Assembly: GCA_043777395.1 (NCBI GenBank)
Contig: JAYWHZ010000356.1
Coordinates: 1 to 25,942 of the forward strand
Length of the DNA: 25,942 nt
From: Bacteroidota bacterium
GTDB lineage: Bacteria; Bacteroidota; Bacteroidia; UBA7662; JAYWHZ01
Direction of reading: 5' to 3'
This document shows, piece by piece, positions 1-8,199 of the stretch. Numbering within the stretch: position 1 is the first letter of the stretch; every line of letters begins with the position of its first letter. The notes under the pieces are model-generated. The model had not been told where the DNA came from. It made no database searches and was given only the letters and a program-made list of their open reading frames with translations. The position numbers and the translations under genes were made by a program.

Positions 1-84
1 CCTCTTCCCATTCCGAACAGAGCAGTTAAGCCCAACAGCAGTGATGGTAGTAGAGTAAAATCCGCAAGAGTAACCCAACGCCAG
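1..84 (+). rRNA. rrf: 5S rRNA, 5'-truncated by the window edge
   Basis: CCTCTTCCCATTCCGAACAGAGCAGTTAAGCCC is the conserved Bacteroidota 5S loop C/helix III segment. It is followed by loop E strands GATGGTAG / CAAGAGTA and the 3' helix I strand CGCCA. Confidence 0.95.
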
Positions 85-95
85 TTTGTTAAATC

Positions 96-131
96 AAAGC
101 CTCAATCCCTCAAAAGATTGAGGCTTTTTTT
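96..131 (+). terminator. Intrinsic terminator downstream of the 5S rRNA
   Basis: 12-bp perfect stem AAAGCCTCAATC (96-107) / GATTGAGGCTTT (116-127), 8-nt loop, T-run to 131. Confidence 0.93.
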
Positions 132-372
132 GTGTGCTAATCACAAACAAAATGAAAAAATATTAGTCTAAAAAATATTTGGTAGATGATGTTTTAGATT
201 CAATTAAGCGTTTAAATAATTTGGTTGCTTGTGTTGTCCTGATTGCTAATGATGAACTCATTTGGTTTGGTATATTGGTAATAATCGTCGCATAGATAGA
301 TGGAAGAGTTTGGTTAGATATATTTTACATTTATTAATTTAACATAATGTATATTATAAGACAATTAATTTA

Positions 373-405
373 TTGACAAAAAAAATACTATGGGTTATAA
401 TTTTG
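373..405 (+). promoter_or_regulatory. Composite promoter: TTGACA-N17-TATAAT overlapping a Bacteroidota TAnnTTTG -7 box, antisense to the GH13 gene
   Basis: TTGACA 373-378, TATAAT 396-401 (17-nt spacer), TAATTTTG 398-405, with an AT-rich tract upstream. Activity is not demonstrated. Confidence 0.55.
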
Positions 406-438
406 CCCACAATATTTTCATTTTCATTGATTACAATT

Positions 439-2319
439 TTATTGAAGTTCAAACACCAATGCTTGGTTGGCTTTGATTTTGAAATTGGCAATATTATCTA
501 TTTTTTCATCAGAAATAATATTTTTTGCTTTCGTAAATCCTTTCATTCGTTCGGTATAAGGCTTATTATCAATGGTTTTGTCGGTTTTATTGTTGTTTGC
601 CACGACCATGATTGTTTTTTTATCGTCGTATCTAAAATAGACATAAATGCCATCTTGCGGCACAAACTGCATGAGTTTTCCGGTTTGTAGAGTGGTATTT
701 TGGCGTCTATATTTGGCTAATTTTTGGATAAAGTCGTGCATATTATTTTCGTTTTGGGTGCGTCCTTCAGGCATGAATTTATTGTTTTTGTCCCCTACCC
801 AACCGCCTTCAAATTCTCTTCTGACGTACATAAATCCAGGTCCTGCATAGTCGTCCATCAGTATTTCGGTGCCATAATACAAACACGGAATGCCCCTCAA
901 AGTCATGAGATAGACCAGTGCCGTACGCATTTTTTCGAGGTCTTTGCCGCAGGCTGCCAGTATTCTGTCGAGGTCGTGATTGTCTAAAAAAGTAACATTT
1001 TGGTTCGCATTTTGGTACAAAAAATCTTGTGTGAGCGTCAAATAAAGTTTTCCCACGCCATCTTCCCAGCCAAAATCTTTGCTTACGGCATCACGAACGG
1101 CATAATATAGGTTAAAATCGGTAACGCTTTCGAGTTCGGACTGAAATGCTTGCTTGATGTTGTTATTTTTTGTAAAATAGGCTTGCGTTGGAACGCCCGT
1201 AACCCATGTTTCGCCAAAGATAGTAAAGGTCGGATATTCATTTTTTATGGCAACAATCAAATTGTTCATAAACGTCAAATCGGGATAAGGATACGTATCA
1301 ATTCTAAACGCATCGATGCCCGTTTCTTCTATCCACCAGATGGCGTTTTGAATAAAATAGGCGGCACAATGTTTATTTTTTTGGTTAATGTCTGGCATGT
1401 GTTTGTCAAACCAAGCATCGGTCATGAGCGTTTTGTCAAATTGAGATGCGTAAGGGTCTAAAAGCGTTGAGGAACGGTAGTTTGTCCTTGTAAATTGGTC
1501 AAATTGATGTATCCAATTCCTTTCGGGCAAGTCTTTAAACAGATAATGTTCGTTTCCCCAATGGTTATAAATCACGTCCATGACCATTTTCATGTCGTTT
1601 TGGTGCAGTTTATCGACCAACGTTTTGTAGGTTTCGAGGGTTCCAAAGCGAGGGTCTATGGTGTAGTGGTCGGTTGGTGCGTAGCCGTGATAGCTCTCAA
1701 ATGGCTGGTTACATTCCTGAACGGGATTGAGCCAAAGCGAGCTAACGCCCATGTTTTTGAGGTAGTCTATGTGGTCTATCACGCCCTGCAAATCGCCGCC
1801 ATGCCTGATGAGTAGGCTGTCTTTTTGCCTCGAAATGCGGGTGTCGTTCATCGCTTTTACCACGTCGTTGGTTGGGTCACCATTGGCAAATCTATCGGGA
1901 AAAATGAGGTACATCAAATCCGAATTATCAATGCCTTTTTTGCCCACAGACGTTTTGTTTTTCAGAGCATAACTGACCGATAGCGTCTGTTTTCCTTTTT
2001 TGAACACAATGGGTAGATTGCCTGCCAATGCCCAAGGCGAGATGTTGAGCGTTAGAAAGACATAATTGGGATTTTCAACTTTTTCAACTTTTTCGAGCAT
2101 TACATTGGCATAGTTGAGGCTTATTTGGGCTTCGCCAATGCCTTTTCCATAGACCAAAATTTCTACTGTTGGATTGTTCATGCCCACCCACCAGTGCATC
2201 GGTTCTATTTTGGTAATGGCAATTGGGGCGGTTTTTTTTTGAGCAAAGCCAATGCCAATGTTTCCAAAAAATATTGAAATACCAAGCAGAAACACACTAA
2301 TTGTTTTAAATTTCCTCAT
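439..2319 (-). CDS. susA: GH13 cyclomaltodextrinase / neopullulanase (SusA-like, GH13_46-type), secreted
   Basis: Signal peptide ending GFA|Q; CDase N-domain (PMHWWVGM); FPDRFANGD; CSR-I DVIYNH; CSR-II DAFRIDTYPY (nucleophile D); CSR-III FGETW (acid/base E); CSR-IV FLDNHD; GIPCLYYGTE. Confidence 0.93.
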   Translation of the reverse strand: MRKFKTISVFLLGISIFFGNIGIGFAQKKTAPIAITKIEPMHWWVGMNNPTVEILVYGKGIGEAQISLNYANVMLEKVEKVENPNYVFLTLNISPWALAGNLPIVFKKGKQTLSVSYALKNKTSVGKKGIDNSDLMYLIFPDRFANGDPTNDVVKAMNDTRISRQKDSLLIRHGGDLQGVIDHIDYLKNMGVSSLWLNPVQECNQPFESYHGYAPTDHYTIDPRFGTLETYKTLVDKLHQNDMKMVMDVIYNHWGNEHYLFKDLPERNWIHQFDQFTRTNYRSSTLLDPYASQFDKTLMTDAWFDKHMPDINQKNKHCAAYFIQNAIWWIEETGIDAFRIDTYPYPDLTFMNNLIVAIKNEYPTFTIFGETWVTGVPTQAYFTKNNNIKQAFQSELESVTDFNLYYAVRDAVSKDFGWEDGVGKLYLTLTQDFLYQNANQNVTFLDNHDLDRILAACGKDLEKMRTALVYLMTLRGIPCLYYGTEILMDDYAGPGFMYVRREFEGGWVGDKNNKFMPEGRTQNENNMHDFIQKLAKYRRQNTTLQTGKLMQFVPQDGIYVYFRYDDKKTIMVVANNNKTDKTIDNKPYTERMKGFTKAKNIISDEKIDNIANFKIKANQALVFELQ

Positions 2320-2407
2320 TCTTGTATTGGTTTTATGTTTTAAACGTCTGCAAAGTTCTACATTTTTATTTATTATCGATATATTTTATCTTAAAACATA
2401 TTTTTTA

Positions 2408-2415
2408 TATTTTTG
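2408..2415 (+). promoter_or_regulatory. Bacteroidota sigma-A -7 element upstream of susC
   Basis: TATTTTTG matches TAnnTTTG, ~200 bp upstream of the susC ATG. Confidence 0.55.
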
Positions 2416-2613
2416 TAGCACAAACCAAACGACTCAAAAACAATTTTGCTTGGCAAGAAAATTATCCATCAGCAAAAAATATTTCTTACTCTGTGGTGAA
2501 AACACCATTTTTACCACCGCTTCAAAATGCCTACCCATATCTAAACTAAATACAACAAAATCAAAAACCAGTAAACTTACAAATTATTTTAACTAAAATC
2601 AACTAAAAAGCGT

Positions 2614-5600
2614 ATGAATCAGATTCACTTATTTAGAAACGTTATCACAATGTTTCTACTCGCTTGCTGTTTTGCCCTGCCCGCCTTCTCTCAACAAAAA
2701 GGCAGCGTTTCGGGTAAAATAACAGACGAAAACAAAAACGGTGCCATCGGGGCATCAATTCTTTTATCAGGAACAACGCTGGGTGCCTCCACAGATTTGG
2801 ACGGCAACTACCGCATCACCAACGTGCCTGCTGGAACCTACACCGCCGAAATCTCGTATATCGGCTACCGCAAAGAAAAAAGACAAATCGTAGTAAGCGA
2901 AGGCGAAAAAGTAGCCTTCAACTTTCAACTCATCACCGACACCAAGACCTTAGACCAAGTGGTCGTTACGGGCTACGGCACACAAAGCAAGCGTGAAGTA
3001 ACTGGCTCGGTGTCGTCTGTCAAAGCCAAAGACCTCAACAACATTCCCGTTTCGAGTTTCGATGCAGCCATGCAAGGGCGTGCGGCGGGCGTTCAGGTAA
3101 CACAATCAAACGGCGCTGCTGGCTCTGCGGTGCGTATCCGTGTGCGTGGCACAAAATCGCTTTCGGCAGGCGGCGAACCGCTTTATGTCATAGACGGTAT
3201 CCCTGTCGAAAATAACGACCTGGGCGGCAAAGAATATGGTGCCACATCAGCCGTACCGCTCAACCCATTGGCTTCTATCAACCCCAACGACATCGAGAGT
3301 ATCGACATTTTGAAAGATGCTGCTGCAACGGCTATCTATGGTGCAAGGGGAAACAACGGCGTTATTTTGGTAACGACCAAACGTGGAAAAGGCGGAAAAA
3401 CGGCTTTTTCATTCAACTACGCCACCGGCTGGTCAAACCCAACCAACAAACTCGCTTTCTTAGATGGCAACCAATACAAAAATCTTTTTATGGAGGCTTA
3501 CCGCAACGACAGCACCACAGCCAAAGCCCGAAATCAAAGCGTAAGTGCTTTTCCGACGGCTATCGGCGATGGCAATTTTTTTGCCCTTCAAGGCAACAAC
3601 GAAGCCGAGCGCAAAGCCAATTTTATGGCTATACCAACCAACACCAATTGGTTTGACGAAGTGTTTCAAGTAGGAAAAACCAACGATGTTAATATATCGG
3701 CAACGGGCGGCAACGACAAGACCAAATTTTATGTTGGCGGTGGCATCAACAAAACAACCACCATGCTGCGTGGCAATGAGTTTGACCGTTTTTCTTTCCG
3801 CACAAACATTGACAACCAAGCCACAGACAAAGTGAAAGTAGGCACACAAACGGGCATTTATTTTACCAGAAACAGACAAGTAGCAACTTCATACAATGGT
3901 GGTTTTGGCTCGGCTCAATCGACTTCTTTGCCTTTGTTTCCAGTACGAAATGCCGACAATACATTTTTTGGTACGCAGTTAGCCAATCCAGCAACCTATT
4001 TTAACCCAACGGCACAGTTAGAAAATCAATATGTTACAAATAATTTTAGGAGCTTATCCAATGTTTATATGGATTTTACGCCCATCAAAGGTTTGACTTA
4101 TCATGTGGATTTGGGTATGGATTTTGCCAACCAGCAAGAGGAACTTTATTTTTCGGGCGTCAATCGCTACTACCAACGCCGTCCGTTTTCTGCATTCAAA
4201 GAACGCAATGTCAATTTCTTAAAATTGGTGTTAAACAATACTTTAAACTACACCAAAGAGTATAAAGACAACACAAAATTTGGGATACTATTGGGTACTG
4301 CCCAAGAGGGCTACAACCAACGTGATGTTGGTTTCTATCCGTTTAGCGATGCCGTTGGCTTCAACGATCCCTATTATAGAATAGCAACCTCGCAAATGAC
4401 TTGGGCTACCTGGGCGCCACCAAACGTCGATAGAAGTGCTTTGCCTATTGGCGGCTTCAACGACCGTTCGTATTACCGCTACTCATCTTTCTTTGCTCGG
4501 GTAAACTATCAATATCAAGGCAAATTTATTGTCCAGGCACAAATTCGCCGAGACGGTTCGTCGAGGTTTGGTCCACAAAATCGGTTTGGAAATTTTCCGT
4601 CGGTGTCTTTTGGTTATGCTTTATCAGAAGAAAAATTATTCAAGCAATTTGAAAAGCTATCCTACTTGAAACTTCGTTTGGGTTATGGACACACCGGCAA
4701 CTCACAATACGGCACCGACGTGGCTTGGTTTGGAAGCATCTCTCAATCGGGCAACTATCTGGGCAACAACGGCACTTACGCCTCACGGATAGAAAACAAA
4801 TTTTTGAGCTGGGAACTCCAACGCCAAGGCAGTGTAGGTTTGGATTTTGGCTTCTTCGACAACAGAATTTCGGGCGGCATCGATGGCTATTATGGCATTT
4901 CGGGTGGCAAAAATGGTGGTATACTCCTCAGAAGACCCGTTCAAATCTCTGGCGAAGGCATCGATAAAGTCTTTGTCAACGCACCTGTTTTAATTGAAAA
5001 TTGGGGTATAGAATTGACTACAAGCACCCAAAATTTTGTAGGTGAATTTCGTTGGTCAACAGATTTTAACATCGCTATGAACCGAAACAAAGTATTAGAT
5101 GCAGCAGGTATTCCACCAGATGGTTTTGATGCAGGACCCGGCGACACCCGTGTGATAGAAGGACAACCCATTGGCATATCTTATTTATTGGAATATGCAG
5201 GCTTGAACAAAGAAACAGGCTACGACCAAGTCTATGTTATGAGAGATGGCGTAAAAACGGTTGTCCAGCTCGATGGCAGAGCCAATGCAGCCGAACTGCG
5301 TGCCAACAGAAAACCGTTTGGCAATCCAAACCCGACGCTCATTGGTGGCATCAATAACAACCTATCCTACAAAGGCTTTGACCTCTCGTTTCAATTTACG
5401 TTTAGCTACGGCAACACCATCTACGACGACGGCGGCAAATATCAATGGGGACAGCGTTTGTATAAATGGAACCAGCGTGGCGAACTCTTGGACAGATGGC
5501 AACAGCCCGGCGACGACAACGGCGTACAAAAATTGACCCTCAACCCAAGTCGATACAGCATTGCAGAAGACGACAACAACACAACCCGTTTTCTCTACGA

Positions 5601-5877
5601 TGGCTCGTTTATTCGCTTGCGTAACCTCAACTTTGGCTACAACCTGCCTGCAAAAGCCTGCGAAAAACTCAAAATACAAAATATCAAGTTTTATGTCATG
5701 GCTCAAAATTATTTGACCCTCACAAGGTTTAAAGGTTGGGACCCAGAAGTAACACGCTATTCAGACGGCGGAACATCGGAGCAAAGAAACAGCCAAGGCA
5801 ACATCTCTTTTGCAGCACCTTATTTGGCTACGCCACAACAAAAAACATTGACTGTCGGTCTAAACTTAGGATTTTAA
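2614..5877 (+). CDS. susC: SusC/RagA family TonB-dependent outer-membrane transporter
   Basis: Signal peptide AFS|Q; N-terminal extension (STDLDGNY); LDQVVVTGYGTQ; plug motifs PLYVIDG and INPNDIESIDILKDAAATAIYGARG.NGVILVTTK; RRDGSSRF; C-terminal GLNLGF; 1087 aa. Confidence 0.97.
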   Translation: MNQIHLFRNVITMFLLACCFALPAFSQQKGSVSGKITDENKNGAIGASILLSGTTLGASTDLDGNYRITNVPAGTYTAEISYIGYRKEKRQIVVSEGEKVAFNFQLITDTKTLDQVVVTGYGTQSKREVTGSVSSVKAKDLNNIPVSSFDAAMQGRAAGVQVTQSNGAAGSAVRIRVRGTKSLSAGGEPLYVIDGIPVENNDLGGKEYGATSAVPLNPLASINPNDIESIDILKDAAATAIYGARGNNGVILVTTKRGKGGKTAFSFNYATGWSNPTNKLAFLDGNQYKNLFMEAYRNDSTTAKARNQSVSAFPTAIGDGNFFALQGNNEAERKANFMAIPTNTNWFDEVFQVGKTNDVNISATGGNDKTKFYVGGGINKTTTMLRGNEFDRFSFRTNIDNQATDKVKVGTQTGIYFTRNRQVATSYNGGFGSAQSTSLPLFPVRNADNTFFGTQLANPATYFNPTAQLENQYVTNNFRSLSNVYMDFTPIKGLTYHVDLGMDFANQQEELYFSGVNRYYQRRPFSAFKERNVNFLKLVLNNTLNYTKEYKDNTKFGILLGTAQEGYNQRDVGFYPFSDAVGFNDPYYRIATSQMTWATWAPPNVDRSALPIGGFNDRSYYRYSSFFARVNYQYQGKFIVQAQIRRDGSSRFGPQNRFGNFPSVSFGYALSEEKLFKQFEKLSYLKLRLGYGHTGNSQYGTDVAWFGSISQSGNYLGNNGTYASRIENKFLSWELQRQGSVGLDFGFFDNRISGGIDGYYGISGGKNGGILLRRPVQISGEGIDKVFVNAPVLIENWGIELTTSTQNFVGEFRWSTDFNIAMNRNKVLDAAGIPPDGFDAGPGDTRVIEGQPIGISYLLEYAGLNKETGYDQVYVMRDGVKTVVQLDGRANAAELRANRKPFGNPNPTLIGGINNNLSYKGFDLSFQFTFSYGNTIYDDGGKYQWGQRLYKWNQRGELLDRWQQPGDDNGVQKLTLNPSRYSIAEDDNNTTRFLYDGSFIRLRNLNFGYNLPAKACEKLKIQNIKFYVMAQNYLTLTRFKGWDPEVTRYSDGGTSEQRNSQGNISFAAPYLATPQQKTLTVGLNLGF

Positions 5878-5905
5878 TTCATCAACTCTATAATCAAACA
5901 AAAAA

Positions 5906-7333
5906 ATGACAAAAAAAATCATATATCTCTTTGCTCTCATTGGAATAATGGCTTTCTCGAGCTGCGAAAAGTTTTTGGACGTAAAACCCATCAACGAAAA
6001 ACCATTTGAAATCTCACTCAACAATCAAGATGCCGTTTATGCCGTACTCATGTCGGCTTATGACCAGATACAAGGCGGTAACTTTTATGGTGGAAACCTA
6101 CAAAAGGTAGGCGAACTATATGGCGATAACTTGGATTTTGACTTCGTGCAAGGTCGTAACTTAGATTTTGAATTGCGAAACTTTGACCTCTTTTTCAATC
6201 CTGCCTCTGGTACTTGGGACAATGCTTACAGAGCCATCGGGCGTTCAAACCTTGTGATAAAAAGCATTGACGAAAATTATTTTGAAGCCGAACAAATCAC
6301 CAAAGACCAACTCCGTGGCGAAGCGTTATTTATCCGTGCAATAGCTCATTTTGAGGTTTGCCGCATCTTTTCCCTGCCTTATTCATTCAATCCAGATTTG
6401 CCCGGAATTATAATCAGAAACAGGTTTTTATCCACCGACGAAACCCAAAACTATGTCCCTTGGTCGTCCATTAGAGAGACTTATGCCCAGTCTATCTCGG
6501 ATTTGGAATTGGCTATCACGCTGCTACCTGCCGATGTCAATGCCCAAAAATTTGGTGGTAACACACACAGAGGTCGTGCTTCGCAGCTGGCTGCAAAAGC
6601 GTTTTTAGCACGTATTTATTTTGATATGAACGATTTTGTTAAAGCCGAACAATATGCCAACGACGTGATTTCTAACGGCGGCTTATCGATGGCTTCGGGT
6701 TCAGATGCACCATTGGCACCGTTTTATAACGAGGGTCAGACGGTTCCCAAAGGTGGCGTGGTGTGGCAAATCGTCAATAAGCAAGGCGACGATGGCAGTG
6801 GCACGATAAGAAGTTTGTTTTGGAATGCGTTTCCAGCATTCGTGCAGCTTTCACTCGACAAGACGGGACCCAATTCCATCTATGAAACCCTAAAAACCCA
6901 AGGCGGTGCAAGATTTGACTCCCTCGTAGCCGATAACGCTACACGCCCGATGAGCCGCAAGTTTAGAGGTGCAGACCCAGAAGGTTTTCAACCCACAATC
7001 AATATTCCCATACTCCGATTGGCTGAAATGCACCTCGTACGTGCCGAATGCAAAGCCCAACGCAGTGCCTCAGATGCCGAAGTTAGGGCAGACATCAACG
7101 CCATCAGAGCAGTCAATGCCTTACCTGCCGACAACACCACTGCGGGAAAAGACAATCTGCTTGCCAAAATACGCCAAGAACGCCGCATGGAACTCGTGGT
7201 AGAAAACGACCGATGGCACGAACTTCGCCGATTGAAATTGCCTTGTCGTGGGTTTGCCTACGACAGCAAGCTGCTCATACTCACGCCCACCAGCGAAAGT
7301 AACGGCAACACAGACCTCAAAGTGAAGTATTAA
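5906..7333 (+). CDS. susD: SusD/RagB family nutrient-binding lipoprotein
   Basis: Lipobox FSSC then EKFLDVKP; YRAIGRSN; GEALFIRAIAHF; A.AFLARIY; ILRLAEMHL.RAE; IRQERRMEL..E..RW.EL.R; directly downstream of susC. Confidence 0.96.
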   Translation: MTKKIIYLFALIGIMAFSSCEKFLDVKPINEKPFEISLNNQDAVYAVLMSAYDQIQGGNFYGGNLQKVGELYGDNLDFDFVQGRNLDFELRNFDLFFNPASGTWDNAYRAIGRSNLVIKSIDENYFEAEQITKDQLRGEALFIRAIAHFEVCRIFSLPYSFNPDLPGIIIRNRFLSTDETQNYVPWSSIRETYAQSISDLELAITLLPADVNAQKFGGNTHRGRASQLAAKAFLARIYFDMNDFVKAEQYANDVISNGGLSMASGSDAPLAPFYNEGQTVPKGGVVWQIVNKQGDDGSGTIRSLFWNAFPAFVQLSLDKTGPNSIYETLKTQGGARFDSLVADNATRPMSRKFRGADPEGFQPTINIPILRLAEMHLVRAECKAQRSASDAEVRADINAIRAVNALPADNTTAGKDNLLAKIRQERRMELVVENDRWHELRRLKLPCRGFAYDSKLLILTPTSESNGNTDLKVKY

Positions 7334-7362
7334 CCAAGAGAATAAAAAAAATTATAATCCAT

Positions 7363-7409
7363 CAATAAAAAACACCTTTACATCGTCTGTGTGAAGGTGT
7401 TTTTTATTG
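7363..7409. terminator. Bidirectional intrinsic terminator between convergent susD and methyltransferase
   Basis: CAATAAAAAACACCTT (7363-7378) / AAGGTGTTTTTTATTG (7394-7409) is a perfect 16-bp inverted repeat, extended by G-U pairs, with A/T runs on both sides. Confidence 0.92.
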
Positions 7410-7446
7410 GGAAAAAGTTGATGTATTGTTAGTTTGTACTATCTGT

Positions 7447-8082
7447 CTATTTTTTACATTCCAAGCCGAAGGAGTTGTGATAGCGACTAAAATCTTCGAC
7501 GTATGTAAACATCTCGTCTTGGCTGTCGTTGAATTGGCAGTGTCTTATCTGTGTAAAGCCTACGTTTTTTAGTTCTTCTGATAACGATTTTACGTCCCAC
7601 ATCCACAAGTGGTGTGCATTGCCAAAAAACGAACGGATAAACCCCTTCATGCCTTTGGGTCTATCTTGAACGCCGAGTATGGTGTTGTGTACAAAATCTA
7701 AGCAAGCTGTTGAATTGCCTCTGTCGAGGTCTTTGATGTAGTATCGGGCTGCATACTCCATATCTGGCAAAATACACCTGAAAATACCATCTTTTTTGAG
7801 TATTTTATATGAATTGGCGAGTGCTTGCCTTAAATCATTCAATGCTAAATGTTCTAAAGTGTGTGAGCAAAAAACTCCATCGCAAGAGTTATCTGGTACA
7901 GGTAAGCCTTTGATGATATCGCCATATAAAACATTATTGGGAAAAACCGTTTGGAGATGGTCTTTTAAAAGCTGTCTGAGAACTGGGATTTTTTGAATTC
8001 TTAGTGTTGGTGAAACATCAAAATTTATCCATTGAGAAGGTGCCGAATGTCCGCAGCCGTATTGTACATATTTTTTTTCCAT
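7447..8082 (-). CDS. Class I SAM-dependent methyltransferase (Methyltransf_11-like, type usually linked to surface-glycan loci)
   Basis: N-terminal motif I VQYGCG; W.N.D; GDI.KGLP..DNSCDGVFCSHTLEHL; LK..G.FR..LPD; H.WMWD..SL..EL..GF. Confidence 0.85.
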   Translation of the reverse strand: MEKKYVQYGCGHSAPSQWINFDVSPTLRIQKIPVLRQLLKDHLQTVFPNNVLYGDIIKGLPVPDNSCDGVFCSHTLEHLALNDLRQALANSYKILKKDGIFRCILPDMEYAARYYIKDLDRGNSTACLDFVHNTILGVQDRPKGMKGFIRSFFGNAHHLWMWDVKSLSEELKNVGFTQIRHCQFNDSQDEMFTYVEDFSRYHNSFGLECKK

Positions 8083-8171
8083 TTATGAGTTTTTAACTTT
8101 GCAAATATCTAAATTATTTCTTTATCCAATATTTTTTTGTCCATATTGATAAATAGAGTTCTATTTTGTTG

Positions 8172-8179
8172 TAATTTTG
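8172..8179 (+). promoter_or_regulatory. Bacteroidota -7 element for the gltX operon
   Basis: TAATTTTG 21 bp upstream of ATG 8200. A second match, TAACTTTG, lies at 8094-8101. Confidence 0.6.
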
Positions 8180-8199
8180 TGCCTTTGTTAATAAAAAAT

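Noticed and set aside
163-321. 52-codon open frame on the minus strand between the rRNA terminator and GH13
   Set aside because: Only an ATA start or a late ATG (33 aa), with no recognisable homology or promoter box; not supportable as a gene.
373-690. 105-aa plus-strand ORF
   Set aside because: Mostly antisense to the GH13 3' end, its TTG start is the -35 hexamer itself, and it has no recognisable motif.
2373-2380. TATCGATA palindrome as a LacI-type operator in the GH13/susC intergenic region
   Set aside because: Only 8 bp, AT-rich, does not extend, and there is no cognate regulator in the window.
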